The position numbers and the translations under genes were made by a program. From the IMG/VR virus record IMGVR_UViG_3300006925_000007, positions 32,001 to 96,000 of that record: DNA of 64,000 bases; one strand, 5' to 3'. How positions within the stretch are numbered: the first letter of the stretch is position 1; each line of letters starts with the position of its first letter. Under the pieces are notes generated by a model, which was given only the letters and a program-made list of their open reading frames with translations, did no database searches and was not told where the DNA came from. Positions 30,401 through 38,178 of this stretch are shown here, one piece after another. This DNA comes from a virus.

Positions 30401-30603
30401 TCAGCGTCATTTCCGCTATCAACAGCCGTAAGTCTAGTTTCTAAAAATATTTTTGTGACAGCATCTTGATCATCAACAGGATCTACTACATCAACGATTC
30501 TGTTTGTTTGGGCACTAATATTGTTATTGCCCTCTGCATCAAGTTTTAAATCTTTATCACTTGTTGATATCTTTCCACTATTGTGGTTAATATTAATCGA
30601 CAT
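27469..30603 (-). CDS. PKD/Ig-like domain virion protein
   Basis: Repeated YT.DWGDG, W.WGDG and W.FGDG...H.Y PKD-type motifs. Confidence 0.75.
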   Translation of the reverse strand: MSININHNSGKISTSDKDLKLDAEGNNNISAQTNRIVDVVDPVDDQDAVTKIFLETRLTAVDSGNDADTDDILEIIENIRTDSYVKSVDFVSDLTSGGAGLTATLTISSVGNPNRYTIDWGDGNTTTATTDSTPTHTYASNSGSPFDVDVTAFNNTGTGAGSSAQKIREDYIAIFTGDPAVSFVVYDAPTGGNAITYWDDGDTVYFENTTTNTSGATIQYTWNWGDGSSDEVINSDSVAGGVGGGRLAHTFALSTEAEVQRTVTLTLDSHSTATPSLLPIDDDASYKIYDEHTPDTTSDLTTGINEEANNGLTVIFTNNTENTIGNHTQFGTTYRWAFGDGTITTVNAGSNQSGDTGQTISHKYTLSSNNTPQDFTGNLQVINDHSNSPFSSSNFTIHVEPDVRASISGSADTVSDRNGDNQYDVYDGVDYDGVNRALVTVSNTSENGDNHEYDWNDSSANDNEAGLNSVQHDFTGVTPGNYQLDFTASGTPDITAQTDSANLTFQVNAVPNAPSGLSSKTISLTDSAQGLSPKLAHGFTENSASAPLVAGASLETTTARRYTSGNLDTSVAQNSYNGLSGTVKSVVNGVDDGSQNFTTSLNENGTFGSLVVSDQRDANDSISSSTYPTGFYQTFDSKISKPFSEYTIGVNDQRIEHSETGNTNYVTVVCDDLTSSPTIDVASATLTEDVAGSYRYISGIPYYNTGSPKLTMAGVTVNNWIGQAYRDTNNVFEISNGANLESTSGATISTQYKSYSDLENTPYLNAGIPTANTLTYQFADQTIDITNSSIAAVETLKVRAYNVNGTGNFVSLPEKVQVHTATPFGIIESSIPVESSLGNGVVTDNAIRIADFVADSTDTPTIVGSTDYTATPFTGAISVSGSQEATVRWGVLKHDTADYSTGYLPVGPDRSSDTGTQYFTFAFRRQVVANFDISINSTGIAGMWIAAPGTGIDTASGLNGWIECTSQYAGAGVPGSDTGNGGNGSDGCALTGADVVPTNTSINSSYTMTLGAENMSNATNNVVLVRIAIASGKQINSLSIGEAN

Positions 30604-30656
30604 ACTCTTCCCTTTTTCAACTTTACCATAATGGTTATGTTACTTACGCAACGATA

Positions 30657-31244
30657 TTAAACGTTTACGCTAGAACGGAAGTGCGAAACAATGTTCCAAC
30701 TGCCATTTACAAATACTAATGTTGCACTATCGCCTTTTGCTGTAAAAGTGATTGAAGTAAAACCTGCTCCATTTGTTGGAGTAACTGTAGCAGGACCTGA
30801 TGGGGTATCTGATACAGTAATAATTTTTTGTTGGCCTTCTGTGCCATCTGCTAAAACAAGAGCAACCGCAGTAGAACCATCAATTGCTGATAATGATGTG
30901 CTTGCTGTAATTTCTGTTGTTTCAGTTGTTGTGCTTACAATAACTGTTTGTATATTGAGTTGATCCCACATATTGGAACTACTACCAATATCGTGTGTTT
31001 TTGTAACGCTTGGCAGTAAGTCAGTTGATATGTTGCTGTTAAATGCTACAGATCCACTTGCGTTTCCTAGTGTTATAACATCACCAGATGAAACTATTGT
31101 GCCTCCAATATATAAACTTCCACCAACCCATGCGCCGCCTTCGACATGCAGAGCAGAGTCTGTGCTACTTAAAGCATTTAAATCAAGATCTTTAATACTT
31201 TTAATTACTAATTGATCGTTATCTGGTTTTATATATGATGCCAT
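30657..31244 (-). CDS. Virion structural protein
   Basis: ALHVEGGAWVGG.L.IGG and LADGTEGQ.K.I motifs; late box at 31279-31286. Confidence 0.65.
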   Translation of the reverse strand: MASYIKPDNDQLVIKSIKDLDLNALSSTDSALHVEGGAWVGGSLYIGGTIVSSGDVITLGNASGSVAFNSNISTDLLPSVTKTHDIGSSSNMWDQLNIQTVIVSTTTETTEITASTSLSAIDGSTAVALVLADGTEGQQKIITVSDTPSGPATVTPTNGAGFTSITFTAKGDSATLVFVNGSWNIVSHFRSSVNV

Positions 31245-31314
31245 ACGTTATTCTTCCTTATGTTCTCTTTACAATATGTATTTATCCAAAAAAAGAATAT
31301 ATATATTTAGAATT

Positions 31315-31338
31315 AAAAAAGGGCCCGTTAAGGCCCTT
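31315..31338 (-). terminator. Terminator after the porin gene
   Basis: AAGGGCC/GGCCCTT stem followed by a T6 run on the minus strand. Confidence 0.75.
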
Positions 31339-31365
31339 AATTATTGCAATAATTTTTAAATTAAT

Positions 31366-32175
31366 TTAAAATTTAAATGATGCACCGATTGCCGGTGTTA
31401 AACTTTCTGCATCTGTATCATACGATGCTTCTGCATAAAGATCAATTCCCTTGAATGAACTTTTAACTCCTGCACCAACGTGTTGAAGTTTATTATCTTC
31501 GTCGCCGTTAACAAACACTGAAATTACTCCAGCATTTGCATTTACTTCATATCCTAGCTTATCAGCAGAATATGTTGCTGTGCCACCCACTGACATGCTT
31601 GATGTAAGGTCAAGTGATGAACTTACGCCATAAGATTTTGCTTTAGTGTCAGTGTTATAATCAATTGCTGCACCCATTCCGATAACACCGACTTTAAAGT
31701 CGTATGCTGCCTGAACGTTATCAAGATCAGTTACGTCAGTTGATAAACTGTCAAAACCGGCCATTAATGAAAGACCACCTGCTTTAGCCATCACTGATTC
31801 GTTTACCGTAGGATTAGCAAGTGTAGTTGAACCTACTACTTCTAGTCCTGCTGATGGGAACAAGTCGCCTTGCTTACCTAGTGATACTGTTGCACCTGCA
31901 ACTGCTGTTCCGATCTGCCAATCACCTAATGCAATTGTGCCATCTGTAATTTTAAGATCAAACCCACCAAACGCTGGACCAGTTGAATCTAGGTCAAGGT
32001 TAAGTGTTGTGTTACTGACATACTTGCCAGTTGTTGAGTTTTTAGAAACATCAACATCAATAGTTGTAGTCAACGGAAGAACCGGTGATGCCGCTACTGT
32101 GGTTGTTGTTGTTTCGGCCTGTGCTGCAACTGATGTTGCAAACAGAATAGCCAAAACGCTTACTGTTGTTTTCAT
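31366..32175 (-). CDS. Outer-membrane beta-barrel porin-like protein
   Basis: Sec signal peptide (MKTTVSVLAILFATSVAAQA), alternating amphipathic beta strands, and a C-terminal GASFKF BAM-type signal ending in Phe. Confidence 0.75.
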   Translation of the reverse strand: MKTTVSVLAILFATSVAAQAETTTTTVAASPVLPLTTTIDVDVSKNSTTGKYVSNTTLNLDLDSTGPAFGGFDLKITDGTIALGDWQIGTAVAGATVSLGKQGDLFPSAGLEVVGSTTLANPTVNESVMAKAGGLSLMAGFDSLSTDVTDLDNVQAAYDFKVGVIGMGAAIDYNTDTKAKSYGVSSSLDLTSSMSVGGTATYSADKLGYEVNANAGVISVFVNGDEDNKLQHVGAGVKSSFKGIDLYAEASYDTDAESLTPAIGASFKF

Positions 32176-32252
32176 ATTTTTTCCCTCTAAAATGCTAACT
32201 TCGTAGTCAGCTTCTATCCATTAGTTAACTCAATAACCAAATGTAACTTTTA

Positions 32253-32307
32253 ATTATACGTGTATATGTGAATCTTGTCAACCGAAATGTTGACTTTTTT
32301 ATTTATC
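32253..32307 (-). promoter_or_regulatory. Tandem early (TTGACA-17-TATAAT, 32281-32253) and late (GATAAATA, 32307-32300) promoters for the porin
   Basis: Both consensus matches lie downstream of the capsid terminator. Confidence 0.75.
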
Positions 32308-32336
32308 AAAAGAACAGGCCCCTTAAAAGGGACCTG
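32308..32336 (-). terminator. Terminator after the major capsid gene
   Basis: Imperfect CAGGUCCCUU/AAGGGGCCUG stem followed by UUCUUUU on the minus strand. Confidence 0.6.
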
Positions 32337-32362
32337 CTCCGTCAATATATCTAATTTAAGTA

Positions 32363-33523
32363 TTACTTAAATGATAGGTTACCTGCATTAACGTCAATTT
32401 TCGCTAAGTAGTCAGCCGCGTTACCAAGAGATGAAGCTTGGTTGTTAAGCTCTACATAACCATAACGTGTCATGAATGACACTGTTGGCTCGAAAGTTGC
32501 CGGGTCTAATACTGTGCCTGAAGACATAAGTGGGATGTATGGGCAATAGAACGCTGCTGCGTCGATTTCGCCTTCACCTTTATATCCAACAAGAACTGGT
32601 GTAGAATCTGATGCATATTGATCAACAAATACACGAACAGTGTTATTCAAAGTTCCAACAAATTTAGTGTTAGTTGGTGCTTCAAATGGACCTTCAGTTG
32701 TTCTTGCGAACGCTGAAGTTGTCGCACTTTGTAGAACAGTTAACATAGTTGGTGAAACAACTACGTAGTTACCTGCGCCACGACGTGTTCTTGCTGCGAT
32801 CAAGTTAGCTGCTCTGTTAATAAGAACTGCTAGTGCGGCATGCTGGTCACCAACGAAAGTTGCTTGACCTGATACTGCTGCTTGATCATATGAGTCAGTA
32901 GCTGTGCCTGCCAGTGTGCGTAATGAAGTTAGAACTTCTTGGTCAATTTCAGCAGTAATTTCTTGTGCAAGTGCTTGCATAATTTCTGCTTCTACGTCTA
33001 GACCGTGCATTGAATTGGCATCTTGTGCCGCTTCAAAAGTCCAACGTGCTGACAATTTACGTGTTTTAGCTTCAACTGTTTGTTTCAACACTTGAATTGA
33101 CATTTTACGTCCTGCTTCAGCTTCTAATGAGCTTGTTGAAGATGGACCACCTGTAGCCGCATCACCTGAGTAACCTTTTGCAATTGCAAATGGGCTAAGT
33201 GCTTCATCACCAGCGGCAACACCTGCTGCTGCTTGTGAATAACGGATACGTAAAGTGTGGATCTGGCCTACTGGACCAGTCATTGGTTGAACACCAACTA
33301 ATTCGTTCGCAATAACCGTCGGCATTACACGTCTGATTACTGGTAGAATTACTTTGTTTAATGTTGCGATGTTGCCTGACATAGTTGATCCGGCAGCTGC
33401 TGATTCTGAAAGATAGCTCTTGGTATTCTCAAGAACTGACTCCATAACAACCTTTTTATTGCCGTCTAAACCGTCAGTTAGGGCGCCTTTAGTTACGTCC
33501 CAATTTTCAAATAAGTTTGACAT
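32363..33523 (-). CDS. gp23: Major capsid protein
   Basis: GVQPMTGP, VEAKTRKL.A.WT.E.AQD..HGLD.EAE, YCPYIPL and F.TRYG motifs. Confidence 0.97.
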   Translation of the reverse strand: MSNLFENWDVTKGALTDGLDGNKKVVMESVLENTKSYLSESAAAGSTMSGNIATLNKVILPVIRRVMPTVIANELVGVQPMTGPVGQIHTLRIRYSQAAAGVAAGDEALSPFAIAKGYSGDAATGGPSSTSSLEAEAGRKMSIQVLKQTVEAKTRKLSARWTFEAAQDANSMHGLDVEAEIMQALAQEITAEIDQEVLTSLRTLAGTATDSYDQAAVSGQATFVGDQHAALAVLINRAANLIAARTRRGAGNYVVVSPTMLTVLQSATTSAFARTTEGPFEAPTNTKFVGTLNNTVRVFVDQYASDSTPVLVGYKGEGEIDAAAFYCPYIPLMSSGTVLDPATFEPTVSFMTRYGYVELNNQASSLGNAADYLAKIDVNAGNLSFK

Positions 33524-33533
33524 GGTATACTCC

Positions 33534-34643
33534 TTAATTTGTAATGATACCTGCTAATTTTTTGAGGTTAATAATTTCAGCTTCGCTGCTAGTTTCCTGC
33601 GTAGTTGCCTGCTTATCACCTGTGATCTCAGTCTTCTGAGTCTCATTTAGCTGTGTTTTGTTTGTTTCTGCTTTCTTTACTGTTTCATTTAACACTGTTG
33701 GCAGATATTTATTAAATGCTGCTTTCAGTTTTGGTGTATTAACTGATTCAAGTAAGTTTGACATCAACTTACGTTTGTCTTTTGACAAAGGTGCTAATAA
33801 TTCAGCCATTGCTGTTTCACGTGCTCGGCTTTCGTTGATTGCTGCAACTTCTTTAGTTGCTTCTTCAATTTTAGCCTCTCTGTCAGTGATCTCTTTTTGT
33901 GATTCCTCTAATTGAGTCTTCACGTCTAAAAGTTCTGTTGAAAGTTTAGAGATATGTGTGCCTTCTGCAAGGTGTGAACCCATGAATTCAGCTGCAAATG
34001 TTTCGAAAATTTTGCGACCGAACATGTTTTCTTTAGCGGATTTTATATCCTCTTTAAGCATACCTAGTTCTGTTTTAATTGTAGATTCTACAATGTCAGC
34101 TAGTTTGCCTGAAGATTTATCAATAAAGTCTGCTTTTGCTTTAGCAATCATATCTTTACCTTCTGAGACAAGTTTAACCTTCTGTTCAATAAGGTCTTTC
34201 TTGTCCTGGTGGAATTCGTTAAGTTCTGAAGTAAGTTGTTCCATAACAAAGTCTTCCAACTTCTCAAAGTTTCCTTCTTGAAGTTTTCTGTCTTCGCGTA
34301 GTTCTGTAACCTCTTTTTTAAGAGTTTCCATTACAAAACCATCAAGTAGTTCTGCATGTTCTGAAATCTTACGCTTATACTCTACCTGAGCCTCAACTGC
34401 TTTTTGTTTATCTGCTTGGAATTCTTCTAATTCGCCTTTTATTGTTTCAGATAACATGCTATCAAGTGCGGACACCATCTGCTCTTTATCTGTTTCATAA
34501 CGATTAGCGAATTCTTCGCGTAATTCAGTTGTGATCTCTTCACGAGTTTCTGCTAGTTTCTCATTCCATGCTTCGGAAAGTGTTGAACGCACTTCTTCTG
34601 ATAGGACTTCTGAACTTAGGAGTTGTTCTATTGCATGAGCCAT
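33534..34643 (-). CDS. gp22: Prohead core scaffolding protein
   Basis: Glu/Lys-rich coiled coil between the protease and capsid genes. Confidence 0.8.
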   Translation of the reverse strand: MAHAIEQLLSSEVLSEEVRSTLSEAWNEKLAETREEITTELREEFANRYETDKEQMVSALDSMLSETIKGELEEFQADKQKAVEAQVEYKRKISEHAELLDGFVMETLKKEVTELREDRKLQEGNFEKLEDFVMEQLTSELNEFHQDKKDLIEQKVKLVSEGKDMIAKAKADFIDKSSGKLADIVESTIKTELGMLKEDIKSAKENMFGRKIFETFAAEFMGSHLAEGTHISKLSTELLDVKTQLEESQKEITDREAKIEEATKEVAAINESRARETAMAELLAPLSKDKRKLMSNLLESVNTPKLKAAFNKYLPTVLNETVKKAETNKTQLNETQKTEITGDKQATTQETSSEAEIINLKKLAGIITN

Positions 34644-35281
34644 TACTTTCTCCTAATATCTAGTGATTCAATGAACTTCAATACCTCTTCCTGGAGATAT
34701 TTTTGTGCTGCATCATCTTTTGTTTTAGCTGCGGCAACGTCTAGTAAAATATTACCTCTTTTGCCATTCATAATTTGTTCATAAAGTGGATCTGGATACG
34801 CATCGGGAGCCGATGGGTTTGCAACTATGTCAACCGTTTGGATTTCAAAGTCGCTTACATTTCCACTTTCTGTAACATTACCACTACCGCGTGATGATAC
34901 ACCAAGTTTAACGCCGTTCTCTAATAGGGTAATACAAATATTTCCCATTGGAGTTGGCAACAATTTTAGTCTTCCATAACCATCGCTACCTTGCATCCAC
35001 ATACGTTCAATCATATGTGACACTCGGTCCAAATTAACTTGTAAGTCATCTGGGTGGTCAGCTTCGCCTAATACTGTAAAACCCTCGTCAATTTTACTCT
35101 GAACTGAATTAACAGCTTTGGTAATTTCATTAACGGGGTAAATTCTTTGGTTCTGATTTTGTTTAGCACCTTGGACAAAGATACCTTCCATGAACAAGTT
35201 TTTACCGCCTTTGCCGTTATCCACGGCTTCGGTTACGATTTTAGCTTGGTCAAATGTAAGGTGTTCTTTAAGTGTAAACAT
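34643..35281 (-). CDS. gp21: Prohead protease
   Basis: GEADHP, RVSH, GVSSRG.G and D.VANPSAP motifs. Confidence 0.95.
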   Translation of the reverse strand: MFTLKEHLTFDQAKIVTEAVDNGKGGKNLFMEGIFVQGAKQNQNQRIYPVNEITKAVNSVQSKIDEGFTVLGEADHPDDLQVNLDRVSHMIERMWMQGSDGYGRLKLLPTPMGNICITLLENGVKLGVSSRGSGNVTESGNVSDFEIQTVDIVANPSAPDAYPDPLYEQIMNGKRGNILLDVAAAKTKDDAAQKYLQEEVLKFIESLDIRRK

Positions 35282-36165
35282 TACGCAGATTTACCTTTTT
35301 TCTCAGCGCCATGGCCTTTAGTCTCCGGTGATAGTTTAGCACCATCTCCTGGATGAGCTACGCCCATATCTTTTGCTGATTTGTCTGATAAACCTTTGTC
35401 AGATCCTTTGCTGTCTTTTGTCATGTCAACTGCTTTGCCGCCCATGTCATTTTTACCTGCAACTGGTGATGCTTTACCATCATCGCCTGCTGGCATGTCT
35501 ACTGGGTGCATTGCGCCGTCTTTACCGACTTTCTTTAGATCAGCTGCTTCTTCAAGTTCTTCTGCATCATCGTCTGATTCTGCTTCTTCAGTAACTTCGT
35601 CCGCTTCTTCTTCTTTTGCCTCTACAAACGCTTCTTCCATTTCTGGTTCCATGTCCATTTCTGGTTCCATGTCCATTTCTGGTTCCATGTCGCCTTCAAC
35701 TTCGTCGTCGCCCATAATTTTGGCAAATTCTGCTTTAAGATCAGATAGTGCGTCTTCCACACTAACTAATTTGTCTTCGATGTCACCATGCTCTTCGTCA
35801 TGTGCGTCTATATCGCCGTCCATGTCTATGTCTGCTGGTGTTTCTTCATCTCCGCCTAACTCTTCTGCTGCTTCCAAGTCGTCCATTTCTGGCTCCTCAT
35901 CTTCACCAAAAGCCTCTTCGGCCTCAATTTCTGCTTCATCTGATTCGATGTCATCTAGGAAATCATCAGCTTCTTCATTGCCGATAGCTTCTTCAATTTC
36001 TTCTTCTGCTACGCCATCTTCAACGATTTCATCTGCTTCGACGATATCATTCCAGATTTCACGTGCTTTTTCAACGAAAGCCTCATGTAATAGATCTGAA
36101 GCTGATGCTTCGTCTCCGTTCACTAAGCTCTCGATTATCTTTGTATAACGATCTCGAGTACTCAT
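35281..36165 (-). CDS. Highly acidic prohead core protein (gp67/68-position analogue)
   Basis: Asp/Glu-rich ORF between the portal and protease genes. The likely start is ATG 36165 (MSTRDRY) after AAGGAG; CTTAAATA box at 36205-36212. Confidence 0.7.
   Translation of the reverse strand: MSTRDRYTKIIESLVNGDEASASDLLHEAFVEKAREIWNDIVEADEIVEDGVAEEEIEEAIGNEEADDFLDDIESDEAEIEAEEAFGEDEEPEMDDLEAAEELGGDEETPADIDMDGDIDAHDEEHGDIEDKLVSVEDALSDLKAEFAKIMGDDEVEGDMEPEMDMEPEMDMEPEMEEAFVEAKEEEADEVTEEAESDDDAEELEEAADLKKVGKDGAMHPVDMPAGDDGKASPVAGKNDMGGKAVDMTKDSKGSDKGLSDKSAKDMGVAHPGDGAKLSPETKGHGAEKKGKSA
35637..35691. repeat. 18-bp tandem repeat x3 (DMEPEM)
   Basis: ccatttctggttccatgt occurs three times. Confidence 0.85.
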
Positions 36166-36243
36166 TGTTTTGTTCTCCTTTAACAAGTCAGGTTGTAACA
36201 TATATATTTAAGAAGTCTTGGTGTAGACCAACATATAATACAT

Positions 36244-36266
36244 AAAAAACCGCACTTTTGATGCGG
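36244..36266 (-). terminator. Terminator after the portal operon
   Basis: CCGCA/TGCGG stem followed by a T6 run on the minus strand. Confidence 0.6.
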
Positions 36267-36294
36267 CCCGTATTATATTTACCATTTTAGGCGA

Positions 36295-36495
36295 TTATTC
36301 GCCGTCGTTACCTGCAGATCCGTAGATATCTTTATAACTTTCTACACGTTCTGCATGTTCTGCCTTTGCAAGCTCTTTCATGTTACGTAGCTTATGCAAA
36401 TGACGTAATGTTAACTTAGGACGTCTAGTATCATCTAGATCCCATTTGTTATAGTTATCATCTTCGGCGTTTTGCGCCATGTCACTAAATCTCAT
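36295..36495 (-). CDS. Small head-module protein
   Basis: 66 aa, DTRRPKLTLRHL.KLR...IYG; overlaps the end of the portal gene; GGAG SD. Confidence 0.7.
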   Translation of the reverse strand: MRFSDMAQNAEDDNYNKWDLDDTRRPKLTLRHLHKLRNMKELAKAEHAERVESYKDIYGSAGNDGE

Positions 36496-38149
36496 CTGTA
36501 TCTCCTTCTAATCCTGCATCATTTCCTAGTGGAGATGTGTCAGCACCGGCATCAAAGTCGCCTTCTCCTTCTTCGTTTTCGGCGTCTACATCTGTTGGTT
36601 CAAATGTGTCTAGGTCTGTGTTTCTAATACCCATACCACCTAAATCTGTCTGTGAATCATTAGTAAACGAGTTTTGAGAATTTTCTTCTTTCCACATACG
36701 CTCGTTATTAATAAGTTCATCTTCAGTTAATCCAAGATACTTACTTAATATAAATCTCTTAGACATGTATGGTGTTGCTTCAACTTGTGAGAATAGACTT
36801 GCACGTGCTGTGTCAAGTTCTAGCTCTCTGTATTGACTAAAGCTCTGTGGTTCAATAAAGTTTAATTCAAATAAACTACTCGAAACTTCAATACCTCTGT
36901 TCTTTAAGAACATTTTAAACTCTTTGTCCAATGGTGGAAGTATTGTGTCTTGTAATCTTTCACAGTATTTGCTGAACCTAAATTCTTGTATCATTGCTGT
37001 GCCAACTCGTCCGTCAGTATATGATGCTGATCCGTCCTCAGCTCCTGTTGGTAAGTAACTACTTGGTATACGTAGTCCACGCATTAGTTTGTTATTGAAA
37101 TATTTTAGGTCATCAATTTCGCCTAGGTTTTCACCACCTGGTAAAACTTCAACTTTAGATCCACGTCCTTCTGCCGTTTGGGCAAAAAAGTAATCTTCCA
37201 TGATTGACAGCGGGTTATACGCTGCATCCATAACCTTTGTTCCACCACCACTCATATTTGGAATACGTGTTTGGTGAACTTCGTTCTTTGTTCGCTCAAC
37301 AAAACTCATAGCTTTATGCGGTGGTAAGTTACCAACGTCTACATAAAATACTCTACGTTCTGGAGCTCTTTGAACACGATAGATAATAATACTATCTTCT
37401 AATAATTCTTTTTGTTTGTATACTTTAAATACACTATCAAGGATACTGTTACCAAATGGCCATGCATTTGTTAATCCATCACTTAATGCGATATGTAATA
37501 CGTTTGCTGAATCAACAGCATACTCGGTTGTTCCGCCACCCGGTGCACCTGTTTGTATAACGCCTGCGTTGGATTTGTTGCTTGTTAATACTGTAGAACT
37601 TTGTGATACATCAGATGTTTGTTTTGTATCTACTACAACCATATCATGTAAGTTAAGACTGATATTTTTAATTAGATACTGCTCAATGTCTTTGCCTGTG
37701 CTTTCGTTAATAATAGCCTTGGAAACATCTTGCACATTAACCCAAAATAATTTATAGTTTTCTGGATCTCTAATAAAAAACTGATCGCCATATTTAATAG
37801 TTGCTCTGAATAATCCATGTATTCTTCTATCAAAGTCATTTATGTTGACCCATTGTCTAAGTGCTGTTTCTAATGCATTTACTTCAGATTCTGTTGCTTC
37901 TTCTTTATAATGAACTTTAAATGGTAACTTTGTATCTGGGTCTGATTGTGTGGCAAATTCAGCAATAGTATCTAGGGCTGAGTTAATTTCACTGTCTTGA
38001 TCCATAATATCGTATTGAGTATAACGTTCAACACGATTTGGTTGTCCGCTATATACTTCAGGAAGCCAACTGGCCCATCTGTTTGTTTTTTGTCCAAATG
38101 ATCCACTACCTGATGGATCGTATTTTGTAAAGTGTTTTTTCCAGCTCAT
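36485..38149 (-). CDS. gp20: Portal vertex protein
   Basis: LEDSIIIYRVQRAPERRVFYVDVGNLP, EDYFF and LPGGENLGEIDD.KYF motifs; GATAAATA at 38176-38183. Confidence 0.96.
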   Translation of the reverse strand: MSWKKHFTKYDPSGSGSFGQKTNRWASWLPEVYSGQPNRVERYTQYDIMDQDSEINSALDTIAEFATQSDPDTKLPFKVHYKEEATESEVNALETALRQWVNINDFDRRIHGLFRATIKYGDQFFIRDPENYKLFWVNVQDVSKAIINESTGKDIEQYLIKNISLNLHDMVVVDTKQTSDVSQSSTVLTSNKSNAGVIQTGAPGGGTTEYAVDSANVLHIALSDGLTNAWPFGNSILDSVFKVYKQKELLEDSIIIYRVQRAPERRVFYVDVGNLPPHKAMSFVERTKNEVHQTRIPNMSGGGTKVMDAAYNPLSIMEDYFFAQTAEGRGSKVEVLPGGENLGEIDDLKYFNNKLMRGLRIPSSYLPTGAEDGSASYTDGRVGTAMIQEFRFSKYCERLQDTILPPLDKEFKMFLKNRGIEVSSSLFELNFIEPQSFSQYRELELDTARASLFSQVEATPYMSKRFILSKYLGLTEDELINNERMWKEENSQNSFTNDSQTDLGGMGIRNTDLDTFEPTDVDAENEEGEGDFDAGADTSPLGNDAGLEGDTDEI

Positions 38150-38178
38150 ATGTTAGGTTACCTTTATTATAAGTGTAT

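Noticed and set aside
35381-36148. 255-aa Ser-rich plus-strand ORF
   Set aside because: It is the antisense mirror of the Glu/Asp codons in the acidic core gene.
36166-36201. N-terminal extension MLQPDLLKENKT in the ORF track
   Set aside because: An AAGGAG SD sits directly before ATG 36165, which is the more plausible start. The same applies to the 25759 start versus ATG 25744.
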